This document shows, in pieces, positions 1 to 16,584 of a DNA stretch of 64,000 bases. Where the stretch lies: contig OZ024741.1 in NCBI GenBank assembly GCA_964016885.1, positions 176,762,001-176,826,000 on the forward strand. Direction: 5' to 3'. The notes under the pieces were generated by a model. The model did not search any database, was not told where the DNA came from, and was given only the letters and a program-made list of their open reading frames with translations. A program made the position numbers and the translations under genes. The DNA is from Eledone cirrhosa. Its lineage: Eukaryota. How positions within the stretch are numbered: position 1 is the first letter of the stretch; each line of letters begins with the position of its first letter.

Positions 1-45
<45 letters not shown>

Positions 46-411
46 GTGTGTATGTAAGTGTGTGAGTGTGTACGTCTGTGTGTGTGCGGGCGAGTGTATA
101 CCTGTGTATTTGTGTGGGTTTGCATCCAGGAGAGTGATATTTTATATAAAGTATTCCTGGTATTCCTGGTATTCCTGGTAGAAGATGGTACATTTTGATA
201 TGATATATATAATTTGCTCTTATGTCTAACAGTTGCAGAAACGAATAACTGGACATTAATTCGTTGGTTCGGATCACATACTATGAATGTATCGGTCTGG
301 ATTTAGTACAGACACAATGTAATCAAATTTTAATCATATGAGATTTATAAAATAAACTTATTATCATGTATATATCTTGAAAAAAATACTAAAATTATGT
401 TTTAAAGATTA

Positions 412-2122
412 CACCGTGTAACAAAAAATGTTTTTTCTCTGTTCCTGGCTTGTAATCACCTTTTTTGTGTTGCTTAGGTCCCAAATAAATAAAAAAGTGC
501 TATTAAACAGTTAAAAGTTTGGGTTTGTAAATATTCTAAGCTATTAACTAGAATTATTTGTATGCTGGATTTTCTGTTGTATGTAAGTTTAATTTGCTTA
601 TGTTAAATGATTTGTTTTATATATGTTTCAGGTTAAATTAAAATTATAAAATAAAGTGTAATACCTAAAGAAAATTATAAAAGTGCAATAAAGTATAACA
701 TTGTTAAAAAGTGGTTTAAAGAGATTTATTGATACTGGATTTTCGCACCCTGAATAAAGGGTAAGTTGTGTTTTAAGCATTCGTCTCCAGGATGAAGCAG
801 TGGAACTCGGTCAAGGAGGAAATGCAGTTGACAAGTCAGAGAAGTCGACACGAACCTTTCTCAGGCTTTTACACTCTTAGGGATGGCCTCTGCTTCAACC
901 ATGACGTGCCTGGACTGTTTGACGTTATTGGGGTGCCGTTTGTGCCCAAGGAGTGGCGGCTATTTATAGACAGCTCCACCACAAGTTTGAAGGTTGTCCT
1001 CCTCCATAATGGAAACAGTCTGCTTGAAGGAAGATTACTACAGTGTGAAAGTCCTCTTGGAGGCTCTACAATACAACCAGTACAATTGTGAAATCATTGG
1101 AGACTTCAGGATGGTAGCTTTCCTGCTTGGACTCCAAACAGGCTGTATCAAATTCCAATGCTTCCTCTGCCTTTGGAACAGCAGAGCTACCTCTGACCAC
1201 TACAAAAGAAAGAACTGGGAGCAGCGAACAGAATTTGTAGTTGGGACCCGGAACGTCATGTGGGAGCCACTGATTGATCCCAGGATTGTGCTCATTCCGC
1301 CACTGCACATTAATTTGGGGTTGATGAAGCAGTTTGTGAAGGCTTTCAACCAAGAATCAGCCGCTTTTAAGCACCTTCTTGAGTTCTTCCCCAAGTTATC
1401 TGAGGCAAAAATCAAAGGTTGAATTTTTGTTGGACCTCAGATAAAGAAGGTGTTTGAGTCTACCGAGTTCTCCAATAAGCTCAATAGGATTGAGAGAACA
1501 GCATGGAACTGTTTCAAGGCAGTTGTTAAAGGCTTCCTGGACAACTACAGAGCTGAAAACTACCAGCAACTGGTGCAGGATCTGATATAGGCTTATGGTG
1601 CAATGGGATGCAGGATGTCGCTTAAACTCCATATGCTGGACGCTCACCTGGAACAATTCAAGGATCATATGGGCGCCTACTCAGAAGAACAAGGCGAACG
1701 ATTTCACCAAGATGTGAAAGAGATAGAGTGGAGGTACCAGGGCCACTACAATGAAAACATGATGGAGGACTATATTTGGGGGCTAGTGCCGGAATGCGAC
1801 TTGGACTACAACCGCAAATCCACGAAATCCAGTCATTTCAGACGTGTATACGTTGCTTTATAAGTGTTATTTGTTTTTACTTATTTGCTTTTGATAAGCT
1901 AGTGTAATAAAATAAATATATACTCTGTTTAATTAATTATATGAAATGATAAATTTTTTAAAATGTGTTTTTTCTTGAAAAATATGAAAATTTCGAAATA
2001 TCAAACTCCTGACGACAAACCCAAACTTTTAATGAAATAATAATATTTCTCTATAGTAATGGGATATACCAAACTAGGAAATGACACTTAGAACCGGGGA
2101 ACAATAAATATCTTAAACGGTG
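412..2122 (+). mobile_element. Chapaev3-like (CMC superfamily) DNA transposon, internally deleted
   Basis: TTA|CACCGTGTAA at the left end and TTAAACGGTG|TTA at the right end (CAC/GTG termini, 3-bp TTA TSD). Imperfect TIRs include an 18-bp exact inverted match at 511-528 / 2015-2032. Transposase remnant inside. Confidence 0.85.
780..1863 (+). pseudogene. Chapaev3-type DDE transposase, frameshifted, with in-frame stops and no N-terminus
   Basis: Motifs EWRLFIDSS..SLKVVLLHNGN, IIGDFRMVAFLLGLQ..CFLCLW, PPLHINLGLMKQFVKA, MSLKLHMLDAHL and SEEQGERFHQD..RYQG are split over ORFs 792-1091, 994-1422 and 1603-1863. Confidence 0.85.
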
Positions 2123-5100
2123 TTATCAACCATCCAGATGTGAAATATACTTTACCAGTTTTCATATTGCAGATTTATGCACAATGTCAGGTGTCAGACT
2201 TAAACCTAAGAAAAAATATCTTCGAGATAAGCTTCTAAAAACATCAATAATTCTTAGATATTACTTTACTTAATTTCTTTTTTTTATTTTTCGAGAATTT
2301 TCATTGAAGTTAAATCTGCTAGTATAATCAATATCAGATTAGGTCCCATCATTCTTAGATAAATTCCTGTATTTTTGTCTCCCATCATTTCACTGATCCT
2401 TTCCTAAAATATATTTAAATGGATAAAAGTGAATATAATATATCTTATATCTTATTCAGTGAGTTCAATCAATCTGTTCAAACATGTGTCTGAAAGATAT
2501 GTTAAAAGATATATGCACTTTGATGTTGGTTTGTATTCTACATGTATATTATACATGTATATTCTAGATGTATATTTAGTGAAGCAATATTGTCCTGGAA
2601 ATTCAATATCAGATGACATGGATCGGACGCTTATAACCGAGTAGAATCCACGAAAGGCACTCGTAGCTGTAGTGGTATTCTTATTATGTTTACCAGTCAC
2701 ATAAGTCACTGCGAGGTTTAAAGTAAGAACACATTGAGCCTTAAAATGTCGGCCATTAAGGAAAATTAAAATGAGTAACGCAATGACTTAAAATCTTGTT
2801 TCAATTATTAAACAATATTTTTTGTGTTTTTTAAATAATTTCAACCCGGGTTTATTCAATATGGAATATTTTGATATATAGGCGTATCTGTATGTAACTG
2901 ATAATGTGTAAGAAAAAACTAAATGAGCGTTTATAGTCGAACAAATAAAGGAAAGAAATATGTTGATTTGTTAATATAGTAACGACTATCTTTATAATAT
3001 AAACAAATTTGACAATAATTGTGCAAAATGACACAGATCCGAAGAGAAGTCGTATACACTAATATATATATTTCATACAATTACATGACTGGTACATTTG
3101 TCATTGATGAAAGAAGAATATGATGCAGCTTTTATTATAATGGAATTTGAAAATATATCGCAGAGATAAAATACTGTACGCCATTTAGAATATTACTCAA
3201 TTGAGTAATTTATGGTATACTGCCACCCTTTGCTACGCCTCTGTATTTTCCCAAAACAATAACAATAATAGCTGAAAACTACAGCCACAATGACAGTAGA
3301 AACATTTATAGACACACATTCATTGTTATATTAAAGATACCTTGAAAACACATTTCTCATTCTAGACATGTGAATAAAATAAATTTTAAACATATATGTT
3401 TAAATATCAAAAACTATATTGAGATAGGTTTCAATTTTGTTTCTATGTAATATTTCTAATTCCTTTCAAATAATATCTTTATAATATCTCCTCCGTTTTC
3501 TTCAATGAGAAAAGCGAACCAATTTTTGTTTGGCTTCTTCTTAGCTGGTAGGTATATATTAAATTTTGGCTTTTTTATATTCCCATACAAAACATCAATT
3601 CTTTTGAAGAATAATACACGTCTTCAGAAATTTCCCCCATTGTTTGCAGAACTTTTAAATTATTTAAAGTGATGTTGCAAAACCATTATTACTTTAAGTG
3701 TAGAATTGGTTTCTATTCAAATGGAATATTAAAAACATGGAGAAACTTTAAATATTATGTTCCACAAAATATAAACGTAATCGTAATATTTCATAATCTC
3801 TTAGGCATTTCTGGGGTATTTATTCGTCGTTCTTGTTGCAAGCTATGGAAAGTGTTAAGAATGCATTCTTGAAACGAATATTGGTCTGCCATTATATCTA
3901 ACGTTCTCAGATGGTCTGGATAATATTCCTGATAGAAATTATAGTATTAATTAATCTGCCGAAAAAAAATCGACAACGACGAATATGTAATCCATTTAGC
4001 AAACGTACCACTTTTTGTTTTTAACAGTTCAATTGAGTGACAAATGAACTGCTATTTATCATCGATTACAGCCAAATCTCAAGGACCTGCAATTACTAAC
4101 CAAGACTTATAAAACCCTTCCTGACATGGGTAATATTGTCATTATTGAGAATAAACAACACATAACAGAGTTTTATATAACCTATGTTTAAATTATGCGT
4201 AAGATCTTGGAATTTTCAAGTACGCATACTAACTCATATAATATATTGTCGCCTTTGTAGTGGGTTTTAATTGTTGGACATCGAGAAACCATCATCATGA
4301 GGGATGATCATGTAAAGAGAGGCGATGTCCAAAGGGAGGAGTGAGCAAAATGGGCTACGAGAAAATGTATCTTACTGTACTGAATGCTTGCATAGATAAG
4401 GTGCCTTCAACGTTGCAGTATATGGTTATGTCAATAGATATATACAAATATATATCATTGGTGAAATGTCCGAATCTGTTATTTGAAAATAAAGCATGAA
4501 TAGAATAAAAATCCTATCCGGTAAAGGATATCTCCGATTACACATTGTTGCAAATTTAAAACAATAAAACTTATAGATCGTCTAATACAGATTATTTATG
4601 ACTTAAACAGATGGGAAATTACAGTCCTGCTGATATTTACAGGAACAAATAATTTTAGGCAAACGGGCAAAAAGAGAAGTTAAAAAAGATTACTCACTGC
4701 TGAATATATTCAATGGACAGGTGGTCTGTTGATTGAATATATGGAACTGTTGAATGAATATTTTCACTCTATTATATTTCATTCACCTAATTTTGATCAA
4801 CTCGTGAGTATAGTGATAGAGTTTCCAATGGTGCTGCTGAAAGAGATCAACACTGAAATCATAAAATGGCTATCCACTGCCAAAACATTATCAAAAGTAA
4901 GAATCACTGATGAAATGCCTAACATGAATCATGTAAATATTCTCTTCACTTGCTACTCTATACTCATGGCATTACTCTCCGTAATCTAAACAATTCATAT
5001 TCAAGCTCTGTAATCCTTATATGTGACTGGTGCAGATGTCAGAATAATGGTCTATTACATAATAGTTAAGGTAGATTAGGTGTGTCATTGTAATTATAAT

Positions 5101-6087
5101 CTGGAAATAGGTTAATTTTAAGAGTTTGGGTAGGATTTAATGTTTTTCTAAGGCCAAAGTGAGTCTCTACCTCTAGTATTAACAGTTCTAGCTAAACGAC
5201 ATATAGATTACATTAGATTTCATGAAGGTATTTCATATTATAATCAACCCATTTGTATTCAGTCTTCTCAATCTAAATGCTGAAAAGGAAATATAGTAAA
5301 TGTTGGATATCGTTGTTGATTTTGCCTTGTATTAGAAAATATTAAATGTATTTTAAGGAAAACCAATAAAGGTAATCCAGATAGCAAAGAAGAATACTTC
5401 TATTGATTTCTTACACTGATATAAGACGGTAGATGTTTGGGAGATACATATAGAATGTCTACAAACTATCCAGACGTGCGGTGGACTTCTAATTCGTTTA
5501 ATGTTTCTCGTGTATTTAAGAAACTTAATACAGTAGCAACCTATTCAACATGCATAATATAATACGTTGTTATTCATAATTGAACATTTATGACTTAAGA
5601 GATTAGAAGGGATTTTTCCTTTGATGTAAATGAGTTTATGTGATTAAAGGACCGAATTTAAGTTTTAAAAGGTCGACTTGAAAGGGAGATAAAATGTGGT
5701 TAACAACATAAAAGATGTGATATCAGTTCTGTTAATTGTATCTGCTTGGAAAAAAGGTATAACAAAAGAAATCACGTTTAAAAATCGAACAAGTCAGTCG
5801 ATCTTTTATTTGCACTGCTTCATCGACATTATGTCTACAAACATTCTTTATGTATATCATTATCTTGTTATCACCTCTATTTGAATGAAATGCATAGATT
5901 GTAAAAATACCGTCAGATATACTATCCTACATCGAATGGGTGAACAAGTAACCGTATTTACGTAGACACAGAATAATATTTGTCTGTTTCGCTCAGTCAT
6001 TATATCAATAACAGTGATTGAAAGAAATATCCATGCATTTTTAAAACATGATTCCCTGGATGATAATATACAAGAATATTAGGAATA

Positions 6088-6266
6088 GACGGGGAGAATC
6101 GTTACAGCGTCGGAGAACAACGTTTTCAGGCGTTCAGGTACGGTTTTTATCCGTTCTCAGTTCGAATCCGGCGGTCAATAAAATAAAGTACCAATCACGT
6201 ACCGGAGCTGATGACATCAACTTTGTCTTTTCCTATATTTACTGGCATTGTGCCTAAATTAGGAAT
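6088..6266 (+). mobile_element. Degenerate tRNA-derived SINE (Nin/Deu-core family)
   Basis: B-box-like GTTCGAATCC, ATAAAATAAAGTACCA and 3' TGGCATTGTGCCTAAA resemble the other SINE copies in the window. Confidence 0.6.
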
Positions 6267-7244
6267 CTATATTAGTAATGTTTTTTCGTTGATAGCCAAA
6301 TGATATTTTACACTAAATTTATGATTGTTTTCCTAAAGATAAATGCGATTATTTTTACTGTATTTAATTTAAACGTGATAAAATCAATTAAACTTGAGGA
6401 ATATTTTTTTTTTTTGTCATCAGAGTGATAATCTATCTCATTAAACCCCATGTAGCCTACGCTCCTCCGTCACTAAACACGTGAAGGAATAATGTGAACT
6501 CCCCTGTCGATTAAATATAATTAAAGAGTGTGGGTTATTCAACCATTAAATAGGAACTTCTGACCTACCAGTCAATCATCAAATATAGTTTTAGTGAAAT
6601 GTCACTTATCAAATATCGTTGCTGTGAACAGTTTATGACCAATGTATGCCACCAGAGTAAGATGTTCTTTAATTATTATATGATTCTATCTCCTTGTTCC
6701 CATAGATTGGCGCTTTAACTCGGAGAACCAGCATGTTAATTCAGTTTCTAAATGTGTAATATTCCTTTTATCACACGTATCTATCCATATTAAACTATAT
6801 TTATAGCTAATGCCATAATTCCAGCATACATAAAGTAAATAACGAATGGGTAGTTAAGAATCCGTTATGCCTTTGCTGGTAGTGTAAAAATTATTAACTC
6901 AGCTAGCTATATAAATAAACGCTGTGATATTTATATTAAGGAAGCGTGTCTGCAGCGAGTATCTTTCTTCTCAATATATTATATCGATGTCATTTATTAA
7001 TCCGCAGCGGATATTCTCCTAAAAGCTGCACAAAATAGAAGTGTTAAGCATCATCGAGTAATGCTTGTCCGTTGAGAATCTTTAAGCCATTTTAACGGGG
7101 TTTTGTTTTATTCCCCCGTAGGATACCCCAACCTCTCCCATCTCATCAAAAGAAAGCTTAGTGGTGTACCGGGTTTAGACAAAAACAACACCACCCGGGG
7201 CCAGGTTGTACCTGACACACTAACACACACACACAAATATATAT

Positions 7245-7274
<30 letters not shown>

Positions 7275-7275
<1 letters not shown>

Positions 7276-7565
7276 GCGGCGATGAATTAGTTTAGGTTTT
7301 TTATATGAAATCGTGTGTCGAAACAGATATTGTTATGTGCAACGAAAGATTTATGTAAATTATGTAAACTATATATATGTGTTTGTGTCTATATTGTATC
7401 TGTATTATTTTTGACCGTCGGTCAATCAATGGCAACATTGAGGACCGAGTAAGTTAGATCGCAGATATAAAATACAGCGAGAAGCGAAAACCAACCAAAC
7501 AGTGAGTGTGTTCTGTTATTAATTCTGGCAATATTACGCAAATATGACACTCCCCAAGTATAACT
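7275..7565. repeat. Fragments of a dispersed PLE-pLTR-like repeat family
   Basis: 7434-7564 is the reverse complement of 22309-22446. 7307-7336 (GAAATCGTGTGTCGAAACAGATATTGTTAT) recurs at 14901-14930. Confidence 0.55.
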
Positions 7566-7587
7566 ATATATATATATATATATATAT

Positions 7588-7732
7588 AGAAGAGGAAGAC
7601 CAAGGTTAACATATGTTGATGCCCTAAGGACAGACACTGGTCTGTTGGAGATGCAGGATATGGCAGCGATAATGAGGGACAGAGACCGCTGGAGAGAACT
7701 CGTCCATGGATCTCGGGAATTTTACCCGCCTT

Positions 7733-7734
<2 letters not shown>
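7588..7734 (+). mobile_element. 3' end of an RTE/RTE-X LINE inserted in (TA)n
   Basis: Translates RRGRPRLTYVDALRTDTGLLEMQDMAAIMRDRDRWRELV..*, the typical RTE ORF C-terminus. Confidence 0.7.
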
Positions 7735-7810
<76 letters not shown>

Positions 7811-7811
<1 letters not shown>

Positions 7812-8058
7812 AGGCAAATTGCGTAGTGGTAAGCGTGTTGAACAAACGATCATAATGTCGTGGATTCGATTCCTGGGTTGCGTAATGTGTTCTTGAGCAA
7901 AATACTTCGTTTCACGTTGTTGCAGTATACTCAGCTGTTTAAGCCTGCGATGGACTTGCATCCTCTCCAGGGAGGAGTCTTGTACTCTCACTCACTTCAC
8001 GCCATGAAATCGGCATAAGCACCGACAAAATGAGCCTTCTAGCTTGAGACATACCTTA
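7811..8058 (+). mobile_element. tRNA-derived SINE of a second family (CORE/V/Meta-like central domain)
   Basis: A box TGCGTAGTGG and B box GATTCGATTCC, then TGTGTTCTTGAGCAAAATACTT and GCGATGGACTTGCATCC..CCAGGG. Confidence 0.65.
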
Positions 8059-8290
8059 GAGTTTATATATATCTAACTCTCTCTCTCTCTCTGTCTCTCT
8101 CTCTCTCTATATATATATATATAAACAGAAATCCATATAGCTACACATACTTAGCTACCTTATGATAGCACGAGATTCGACACAACTATAACTATCTTAG
8201 ATTAAGGGTAGATTTATTAAGGTTTTAAATTAGTGAACAAGGCGCTGAGCTTGATGACGTCAATAACGTCATTTATATAAATAATTGTAT

Positions 8291-8463
8291 CTACTATTGG
8301 CACAAGGCCAGCAATTAATCCAGTGCATTACTGGTACATTATTTTATCGACCCCGTAAGGATGAAAGGCAAAGTTAACCTCGGTGGAACTTGAACTAAGA
8401 CCATAAAAGGGGGTAACTCCATGCTGGAAAGCATGGCGTCCGACCCTCTACCTATACTGTCAA
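8291..8463 (-). mobile_element. tRNA-derived SINE (Nin/Deu core)
   Basis: GGCACAAGGCCAGCAATT..TTTTATCGACCCCGTAAGGATGAAAGGCAAAGTTAACCTCGG is shared with about 8 other copies. Confidence 0.85.
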
Positions 8464-10086
8464 GTGGGCTAACACAGTGCCTTGTGGAACGCCACGACTG
8501 ACCTAGGCTGGGATTGATTTTACTCCATCGACGGAAGCATGTTGGACTCTGTCGGACAGGAAACGGTGTATCCATAGCAGTAACTTTTCAGAGACACCAA
8601 TGTTAGATAGTGTTTTCAGTAGAATGTTGTGATCAACCTTGTCAAAGGCCTTGCTGAAATCGAGGTAGATGACATTAGTGTTGGAGCCCTCTCCCAAAGC
8701 TCTTCAAATGTCATCAAAGGGATGCAGAAAATGCGTTAGGCAGTTCCCTCCATTACGGAAGCCATATTGGTTGGAGTTCAGCAGTTCTCAAATACTTTAA
8801 TGATATGAGAGATGAATCAGATCGGACGGCAGTTCACTGCAAGAAATTGTTTCCCTTTTTGAACATTAGGACTACAGACCTGGACAGAAGGTTTTCAGGA
8901 ATATAGCCAGCATCCAGTGAGTTCCTCTACAGATTAGCAAGAGGAGATGCAGGATGGTGTCGACACACCTTCAGCACACAAGCAGGGAACCTATCGGGGC
9001 CTACTGCTGAATTGTGTTTAATTTGCTTTATTGCCCGCTAAGACATCAGGGGCGCCGCACGTTATTTCCGATATAGAGTGTTGAGGGTTAACATCACTGA
9101 TAAGGTCCAGGTTGGCCATGTCAGGATTGCTGAAAACAGAGCATTTGTTTTGTTTTTTTTGCAGTAGCTCACCCATGGTTTTGGCATTATCTTGGAGAGT
9201 GCCATTTTCATCGGAGCGCCGACAGTGGAGACGGTGACCATGTGTTACTTTCGCAAAGGAAAAGAACATTTTGGGATTGCAGTTCATTTTCTCAATGGCT
9301 CATTTCTCCTTAGCTGTTTTTGGTTATTGATGTTGGTGTTTATGCAATGTTGGAGGTTATATATTTTTTTATTCAAGCATTGCGATAGCCCTCGAATGTG
9401 TGAGTTGCTGTGGGCAGTATTTTAGTTTGTTAATTTTTTGTTTGTTCTTTTCATTTTTCCGATAATAGTTGTTCTGTTTCGAGGAATTCTGCACTTAGAT
9501 TTGTACACAGATATTGGTGACGTGTGTTTTGCATATATGTTTGTGACAGTGACTGCAAAGATCTGCCAAGATGATTTGATGTTGCTGGAGATGTGTGAGT
9601 GTGTAAAAGACCAGCCAACATGTGATAGCTCGTTCATGATTGCGTACCAGTTGGCATTATAGAGATCTGTGTTATCAAATGGCTGGCTTGGAGGGAAGAC
9701 ACTAGAATTTACTTCCGGCTGGTGACATCTCAGGTGACAGACAACCATATCATGGTATGAAAGAAGGCTGTAATATTAAGTATAGTGTTAGTGTGGTTGT
9801 TAAACACAAGGTGCAAAATGTTATTCTGATATCCTATTGGTGCAAGGAAAATTTGGGGTTGGAAAATCTCATTCATAAAGTCGAGAAGTGACTCTACTTC
9901 TTTGTCAGCGGTTGAACTGGGAGTGTCTGCCTGGTTCCAAATTATTTCTGGACAAATCAATACAGGGTAGATTAAAGTTTCCAATCATTAGTATGGTACC
10001 AGAATGGTACTGTTCAATAGCACACTTAATTCTGTTGGGGCATTCTTTAAAGCGCAGTATGGGCGTTTGGAGTGGCCTATAGAACT
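8464..10086 (-). mobile_element. Decayed CR1/L2-group LINE ORF2 (APE end plus RT), truncated at both ends
   Basis: YRP..GNFNLPCID (APE), NPKMFFSFAK, IYLDFSKAFDKVDHNILL and GVPQGTVL on the minus strand, with many frameshifts. Confidence 0.85.
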
Positions 10087-10178
10087 CATATATTAATATA
10101 TTATGTATATATATATATTTATATATGGACATATATATTTATATAATATTATATATATATGTGTATGAGTGTGTGTGC

Positions 10179-10257
<79 letters not shown>

Positions 10258-10323
10258 AAAATATGTATATAAATATTGAGATATGTTTATTTCTCTCTCT
10301 CACCTATATATACATATACATAC

Positions 10324-10386
<63 letters not shown>

Positions 10387-10388
<2 letters not shown>

Positions 10389-10586
10389 AATCAGTAAGAC
10401 CCCGACAGCTGAGCTCAAGCCGTTTCGACGGCTAATTCTGGACTAATTCAGTCCAGAATTAGCCGTCGAAACGGCTTGAGCTCAGCTGTCGGGGTCTTAC
10501 TGGTTCCTATTACCCACTCTACTACCTCAAGTATTGAGTACTTTGGTGCGTTATGGTCCACCTGGTTCCTTACCACATTTCCTTCG

Positions 10587-10588
<2 letters not shown>
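10387..10588 (+). mobile_element. Palindromic truncated PLE pLTR insertion (family also at 12703 and 32228)
   Basis: ~60-bp inverted arms around a 5-nt spacer plus an ~80-nt unpaired 3' tail, flanked by (TA)n. Contains the 3' half of an HHR (GAAACGGC..GCTGTC). Confidence 0.75.
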
Positions 10589-10631
<43 letters not shown>

Positions 10632-10644
10632 CACACACACACGC

Positions 10645-10690
<46 letters not shown>

Positions 10691-11169
10691 AAATGAATAC
10701 ATATATGCATACGCGAACGCACACACTAGCAGATAATTATATATTTGACGCAGACTCTCATATATCCTTGATTTAGACATTCATATATCTTTGATTTCGT
10801 TGTAACATAAATAACAGTAATTGTATCTATGTCTCTCACTTGACAATAGTTCCTTAGTCGTTTGTTGTCTACATAGACATTTATTTTTTATATAACGCAG
10901 ACAAAAATAACCTACACGGATAATATACCACTTTTATTAGATTAGAAAACAAAGGACGAAGCCATATTGAGATATTCATCTAGATTCTGTGTAGTGATGA
11001 ATATTAAAAACATCTCACGGAAACTTAATGTCTATTTATATATACATATATACATGAATACGCACAAATATGCATACGTACGGACGTGCCTGCATACATA
11101 CAGACACACATATACCCATAAATAAATATGTTTGCGCATGCGTATCTACGTACACCCCCACACAAAAAA

Positions 11170-11205
<36 letters not shown>

Positions 11206-11502
11206 AAACAGCTGATTTGAAACAGACTCATCCACTTTCTCGGAGAGAAATAATAGCTTCTTCGTAATTCGATGAGAGACAGACTTATTCTGTTGAAAAC
11301 ATGTTTTGATCCTCTAAATTAACGCACATACATGCACATTCCATACGTAATCATTGACACACATATATGTAGAGATACACACATTCACACACGTATATAG
11401 TTACATGGAAATATATATATATATATGCAGACGTTATATTTAATTTGTTGGGATTCAGCAAGCTTAAACATTTTTATAACTGATATATATATATATATAT
11501 AT

Positions 11503-12393
<891 letters not shown>

Positions 12394-12456
12394 GTGTATA
12401 TATATATATTAGAGTACAAATATTAATAAAATAGATGTTCTTTTGATCATTTAAAT

Positions 12457-12505
12457 TTTATTATAGATATTTCAGAGCTACAACAGTACGTCCTCATCAG
12501 TAAAA
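12457..12505 (-). ncRNA. Degenerate hammerhead ribozyme motif
   Basis: CTGATGA GGACGTAC..GTAGCTCT GAAA TATCTA TA, with imperfect stems I and II. Confidence 0.4.
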
Positions 12506-12584
12506 CTCATTCTTTGATGTACTCATTGAATCTTGTTTAACTCGCTAATATGTATATGTATATATATATATATACACACACACA

Positions 12585-12681
<97 letters not shown>

Positions 12682-12702
12682 GTGTATATATATATATATA
12701 TA

Positions 12703-12895
12703 GGAACCAGTAAGACCCCGGCAGCTGAGCTCAAGCCGTTTCGACGGCTAATTCTGGACGTCCAGAATTAGCCGTCCAAACGGCTTGAGCTCAGCTGTCG
12801 GGGTCATACTGGTTCCTATTGCCCACTCTACTACCTCAAGTATTGAGTACTTTGGTGCGTTATGGTCCACCTGGTTCCTTACCACATTTCCTTCG

Positions 12896-12898
<3 letters not shown>
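12703..12898 (+). mobile_element. Spacerless palindromic PLE pLTR insertion
   Basis: Centre ..CTGGAC|GTCCAG.. at 12759/12760. Same family and tail as 10387-10588. Confidence 0.75.
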
Positions 12899-12926
<28 letters not shown>

Positions 12927-12933
<7 letters not shown>

Positions 12934-13420
12934 CGTAAAATAAGAAAATTATAAAATTAACTTACTTACTTAAATTTCACTCCCAACTAATTAGTTTCTG
13001 AAAGGGATTAAATGTACTATCCGAAGAGAGCACGGAGAAGCCTTTCGTCATCAGGGAAGTCTATTCTCAGCTAAGTTTCCAGGCAATGGAATTAGTCCTC
13101 GCTTTGCTTTTTCCATCCACTGAATTATTTTTGTATAAGTTCCCTGTGTCCACGTATTGCCTGGAAACTTAGCTGAGAATAGACTTCCCTGATGACGAAA
13201 GGCTTCTTCGTGCTCTCTTCGGATAGTACGTTTAATCCCTTTCAGAAACTAATTAGTTGGGGGTGAAATTTAAGTAAGTAAGTTAATTTTATAATTTTCT
13301 TATTTTACGTCTCTCATATTATTGTTCTGCAACCCCATGCATTGAACCACATAGTTACTAAGACATAACCTATGTATTTGCTAACATAAGGCTGCATCTG
13401 TGTATATATATGTTACTAGA
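12927..13420 (+). mobile_element. Inverted PLE pLTR pair with HHR-like motif
   Basis: ~160-bp arms at 12927-13087 and 13156-13318 plus a tail. CTGATGA CGAAAGG..CCTTTCA GAAAC TAATTA GTT GGGG at 13185-13263. Confidence 0.7.
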
Positions 13421-13430
13421 TATACTAATT

Positions 13431-13467
<37 letters not shown>

Positions 13468-13997
13468 ATAAGAAACGGAGGATGCGTGGTGCGACGAATA
13501 AGATTTATTAGACATATTACAATCGTTTATCTGGCGACAGCTCTCTTAGCTTATATTCTCTTTACGCCGGTAGTTAAAATCCTATAAATGAAAACACACT
13601 CTCCTGTGTTTTTCCTCTCTATATTGTATTTTAAAGTGTTATAGTTGCTGTTTAAAGTAACTTAAAAGGCAGTGGGAATACGAAGAAAGCAAGAACAGAG
13701 TCTACAGTTGTCTACTGGGGGGGGGGGGTCTAGGATATTTCTACGCTTTAAAGACAAGATACCACATCACCCCAGGGCGTCAATAACTGGAAAAGTTATT
13801 GGAAAACGAAGGAAGAAGGGAAGGAAAGCAAAGGGGAAGAAAAGAGAAACAATAACAAAACAGCGTAAAAAAAACACAAACCGAACAATTTGAGGGCAAC
13901 TATAGGTAGGAAATCTAAGACCACTCGATAAAAGAACTTAAGTTCGAGACTGAGTAATCGAGCGAAACAAGACACCCGCACACACACAGACACAAAG

Positions 13998-14030
<33 letters not shown>

Positions 14031-14075
14031 GCTACATTGCTATATTAGTGTTTTTCTATTGACACGTTTATTTAC

Positions 14076-15597
<1,522 letters not shown>

Positions 15598-15609
15598 TAT
15601 ATATATATA

Positions 15610-16457
15610 GTGGTAGAACACTGGAAGGCAATATCCGTAGTGGTAGAGCACTCAGGCCAAGGGACGAGTTCGGTAGAAGTGGTTACACAACAGTTAGTTC
15701 ACCACACTGAGAACAATTGTTTCACCTTAGCCGATCCTCAGCTCGTAATGGAAATGGTTATACGGAACAGGAAGGACAACTGTACGAACGCGCAAGTGCA
15801 AAAACGGTCATTTCACTCAGGCAATACTAAATTTCGTGCGAGAGGTGTAAGGCAAATAACTGCGAAATTCCGAAAGTTTCTAGTTGATAAAAACATTAGG
15901 ATGTTGTTGTAATTCAATCCGGAACTTTGTAGTTATGTAAGATAGGTTTCCAGACGCGTGGACAACATGTGATGAATTTATTTAGGGTTTAGGCAATCGC
16001 TATTGCGTAATCTCTTTAGAATATTTATTCGTTCATCAATACATAGTCCACACGACGGATTGCCCCTTGCGTATGGCTTGTACTTAGTGATGGCTTTCCT
16101 TGGAATGGAGTAGTCTATACTTGAGTCCTCGAAGGACCATACATCACTCACAAGTTTGGTGGATGAACGTCAGTCCGGGTACCTAAAGGTCGACTGATGG
16201 TTCAAGAAGCGTTCCTTCAATCGACCCTCCGCCATATCCATATAGGATTTGACTTCCTGTGGTTGATTTGGTCGGTTGGAAGTGACTACAGCTTCATAAA
16301 CTACAGCGGGTGTGTTGCATTGCTGTTGAAGGGGACAAGCTTCGGGCTTACGGTAACAGCCCCCTGGTGGGGTGTTGCTCTTAGGGCTGTTGGTGATGTG
16401 GGCTTTCATGTTCTTACCGCAGGAGTATCCTAGTTTTACTTTGTATATGTTTTGCAA
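15610..16457 (-). mobile_element. PLE 3' fragment: GIY-YIG endonuclease (Nematis-like Cys pattern) plus pLTR
   Basis: CPLQQQCNTPAVVYEAVV..SYMDMAEGRLKERFLNHQSTF, then PYARGNPSCGLC..E. HHR in the 3' UTR. Confidence 0.8.
15709..15744 (-). ncRNA. Minimal type I hammerhead motif
   Basis: GAG CTGAGGA TCGGCTAAGGT GAAAC AATT GTT CTC, with palindromic stem III. Confidence 0.6.
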
Positions 16458-16536
16458 GAATTCTTATAAATAAATATATATGTTTATCATATTACCGTTT
16501 TATATTATATATGCATATAAATGTGTGTGTAACCGA

Positions 16537-16569
<33 letters not shown>

Positions 16570-16584
16570 TGTATATATATATAT

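Noticed and set aside
151-180. (GTATTCCTG)x3 tandem
   Set aside because: Simple local slippage duplication.
2429-2709. Possible host exon (DVYLVKQYCPGNSISDDMDRTLITE*)
   Set aside because: Weak splice acceptor, no recognisable domain and no partner exons.
4729-4989. 86-aa ORF, possibly an old transposon fragment
   Set aside because: No motif or termini I can identify.
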